A stretch of 63,545 bases of DNA, filler included, from Squatina squatina (lineage: Eukaryota), in assembly GCA_031763465.1 (NCBI GenBank). It is 3 parts of 3 records of this genome, joined end to end, with 100 filler letters (N's around TTAATTAATTAA, not from the genome) between each part and the next. Parts side by side here need not be neighbours in the genome. Positions count along the whole stretch, not along the records: positions 51,641 to 63,545 come from JARFOE010000046.1; 2 more parts are not named here. One strand, written 5' to 3'. Each line of letters begins with the position of its first letter. Position 1 is the stretch's first letter. A program made the position numbers and the translations under genes. A model generated the notes under the pieces. It was not told where the DNA came from and made no database searches. It saw only the letters and a program-made list of their open reading frames with translations. Positions 62,211-63,545 of this stretch are shown here, piece after piece.

Positions 62211-63545
62211 NNNNNNNNNNNNNNNNNNNNNNNNNNNNNNNNNNNNNNNNNNNNNNNNNNNNNNNNNNNNNNNNNNNNNNNNNNNNNNNNNNNNNNNNNN
62301 NNNNNNNNNNTTGCTGATAGCGATTATACTGGGAGTACATTTCCGTAAGCACGAGAAGCAATCCTGTGCCTCACTTAAGTATCCATTCTATATCTGTGAG
62401 TCTAGACAGTGAATTTTAATGGGCTATTTGGACAACATCACAGTTGAGACTGGTTTTCTGCTTGCCCAACCCAATGACCACGCACGCGCATGCACGCACA
62501 TTTTTAGTTCCAAGAGCCAATGCTTAGTGCTGCTATCTTATTCTGGGAGGTGGTTCTTTAATATTTCGGCCTAGTGAGGTGATTTTCCTCTTGGGCGATC
62601 TGCACATTGATAATAACACACGGGCTATCAAAAAAAAAACCTTTGAAAAGTTAAACGTTTGATAATTGGGTAGTTAAAACCATTGTGAAAAAAACAATTG
62701 CAAAGTAACTACAAACCTTTTAGTGAACATTTCGACTAAGCTTTTTTCAGACTCTTAGCTTCTGGTTAATACCCGATTATGTGACTACATCATTCCACAC
62801 AGCTCTTGTTAAGTGAATAAAATACTTTATCTGTTTTATTACCGTCTATAAGATGGGATATTACAATTATCAGCAATCATTCTCTTTTACATATCCAAGA
62901 CTTGTCATCTTTTCAGAATATTTTAAGTAAATTTAGTCAAGGCAGATGACAGTAGTTCTGTGGAAATCAACTGCCATTTATTCATTTATGAGCTCTTAAA
63001 AATTACACTGTGGTACTCAAGGCAGAACTACTTGGAACTTGTTCGGAGGCGAGAGGTTTCTTAGGCAGGAAGGCTGAGGAGACAACTGACAGTTTGAAGC
63101 TGTAGCCCAGTTGAGCCAAAGCTGAAGAATGGGCGGCTGGAAATTAGTCTTGGCAATGTTAGTGGATGAACGCTCAGTGCTTTCGTGGGATATTCCGTTG
63201 GTTGTTACTTGAGCTGAGGCAGTAACCCATTTAAAAGAAAAGGGTTAATGCCTGCGCTGAAATAGCAGGCTGAGGAATGTCGTACGAGAGCATTGAGTGC
63301 GCGTGCGATAGTCTCACCAGGAGCCACTTCCAGCTTGCATCTTTTTTAATAAGACTTCTAATAAGAACCGGCACGCAGCGACACTCTTATTTATTATTGT
63401 GAAACAGGGGTGAAGGGCTAAGGTTTGACATGTACAACACCAGCAGGGGTGAAAAGAATAGGAGAGAAGGTGAAGTAAACAAGAAATAGTGGTTAGACAC
63501 CATTGTATACGAAGGAGCAGACTGGGGGAGTTTAGCGGTTACTGT

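Noticed and set aside
63000-63545. LTR or retroviral leader at the window end
   Set aside because: Mildly CpG-rich with an AATAAA on the minus strand, but no primer-binding site, paired LTR or gag-like ORF that I can support.

Overview
Eukaryotic, gap-riddled genomic DNA. The repeat content (CR1, L2, Penelope, Deu-domain SINEs, PIF/Harbinger) points to a cartilaginous fish. The only host gene I can support is the 3' part of histone demethylase KDM4C (JMJD2C) on the minus strand, with five exons visible between 21209 and 26666. Several expected PZP and Tudor exons are missing, probably lost in gaps. The rest is intronic or intergenic DNA containing retroelement fragments, a fossil Harbinger transposase, a fossil Harbinger Myb-like gene, related MITEs and several minisatellites. 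A ~7.6 kb array of a 25-bp unit with higher-order structure sits at 51641-59237. Two artificial TTAATTAATTAA linkers (27825, 51585) mean the three segments may not be truly adjacent. I found no convincing novel biological system; the leads below are mostly repeat biology, assembly caveats and speculation. Repeat boundaries are approximate, and family names come from recall rather than a database search.
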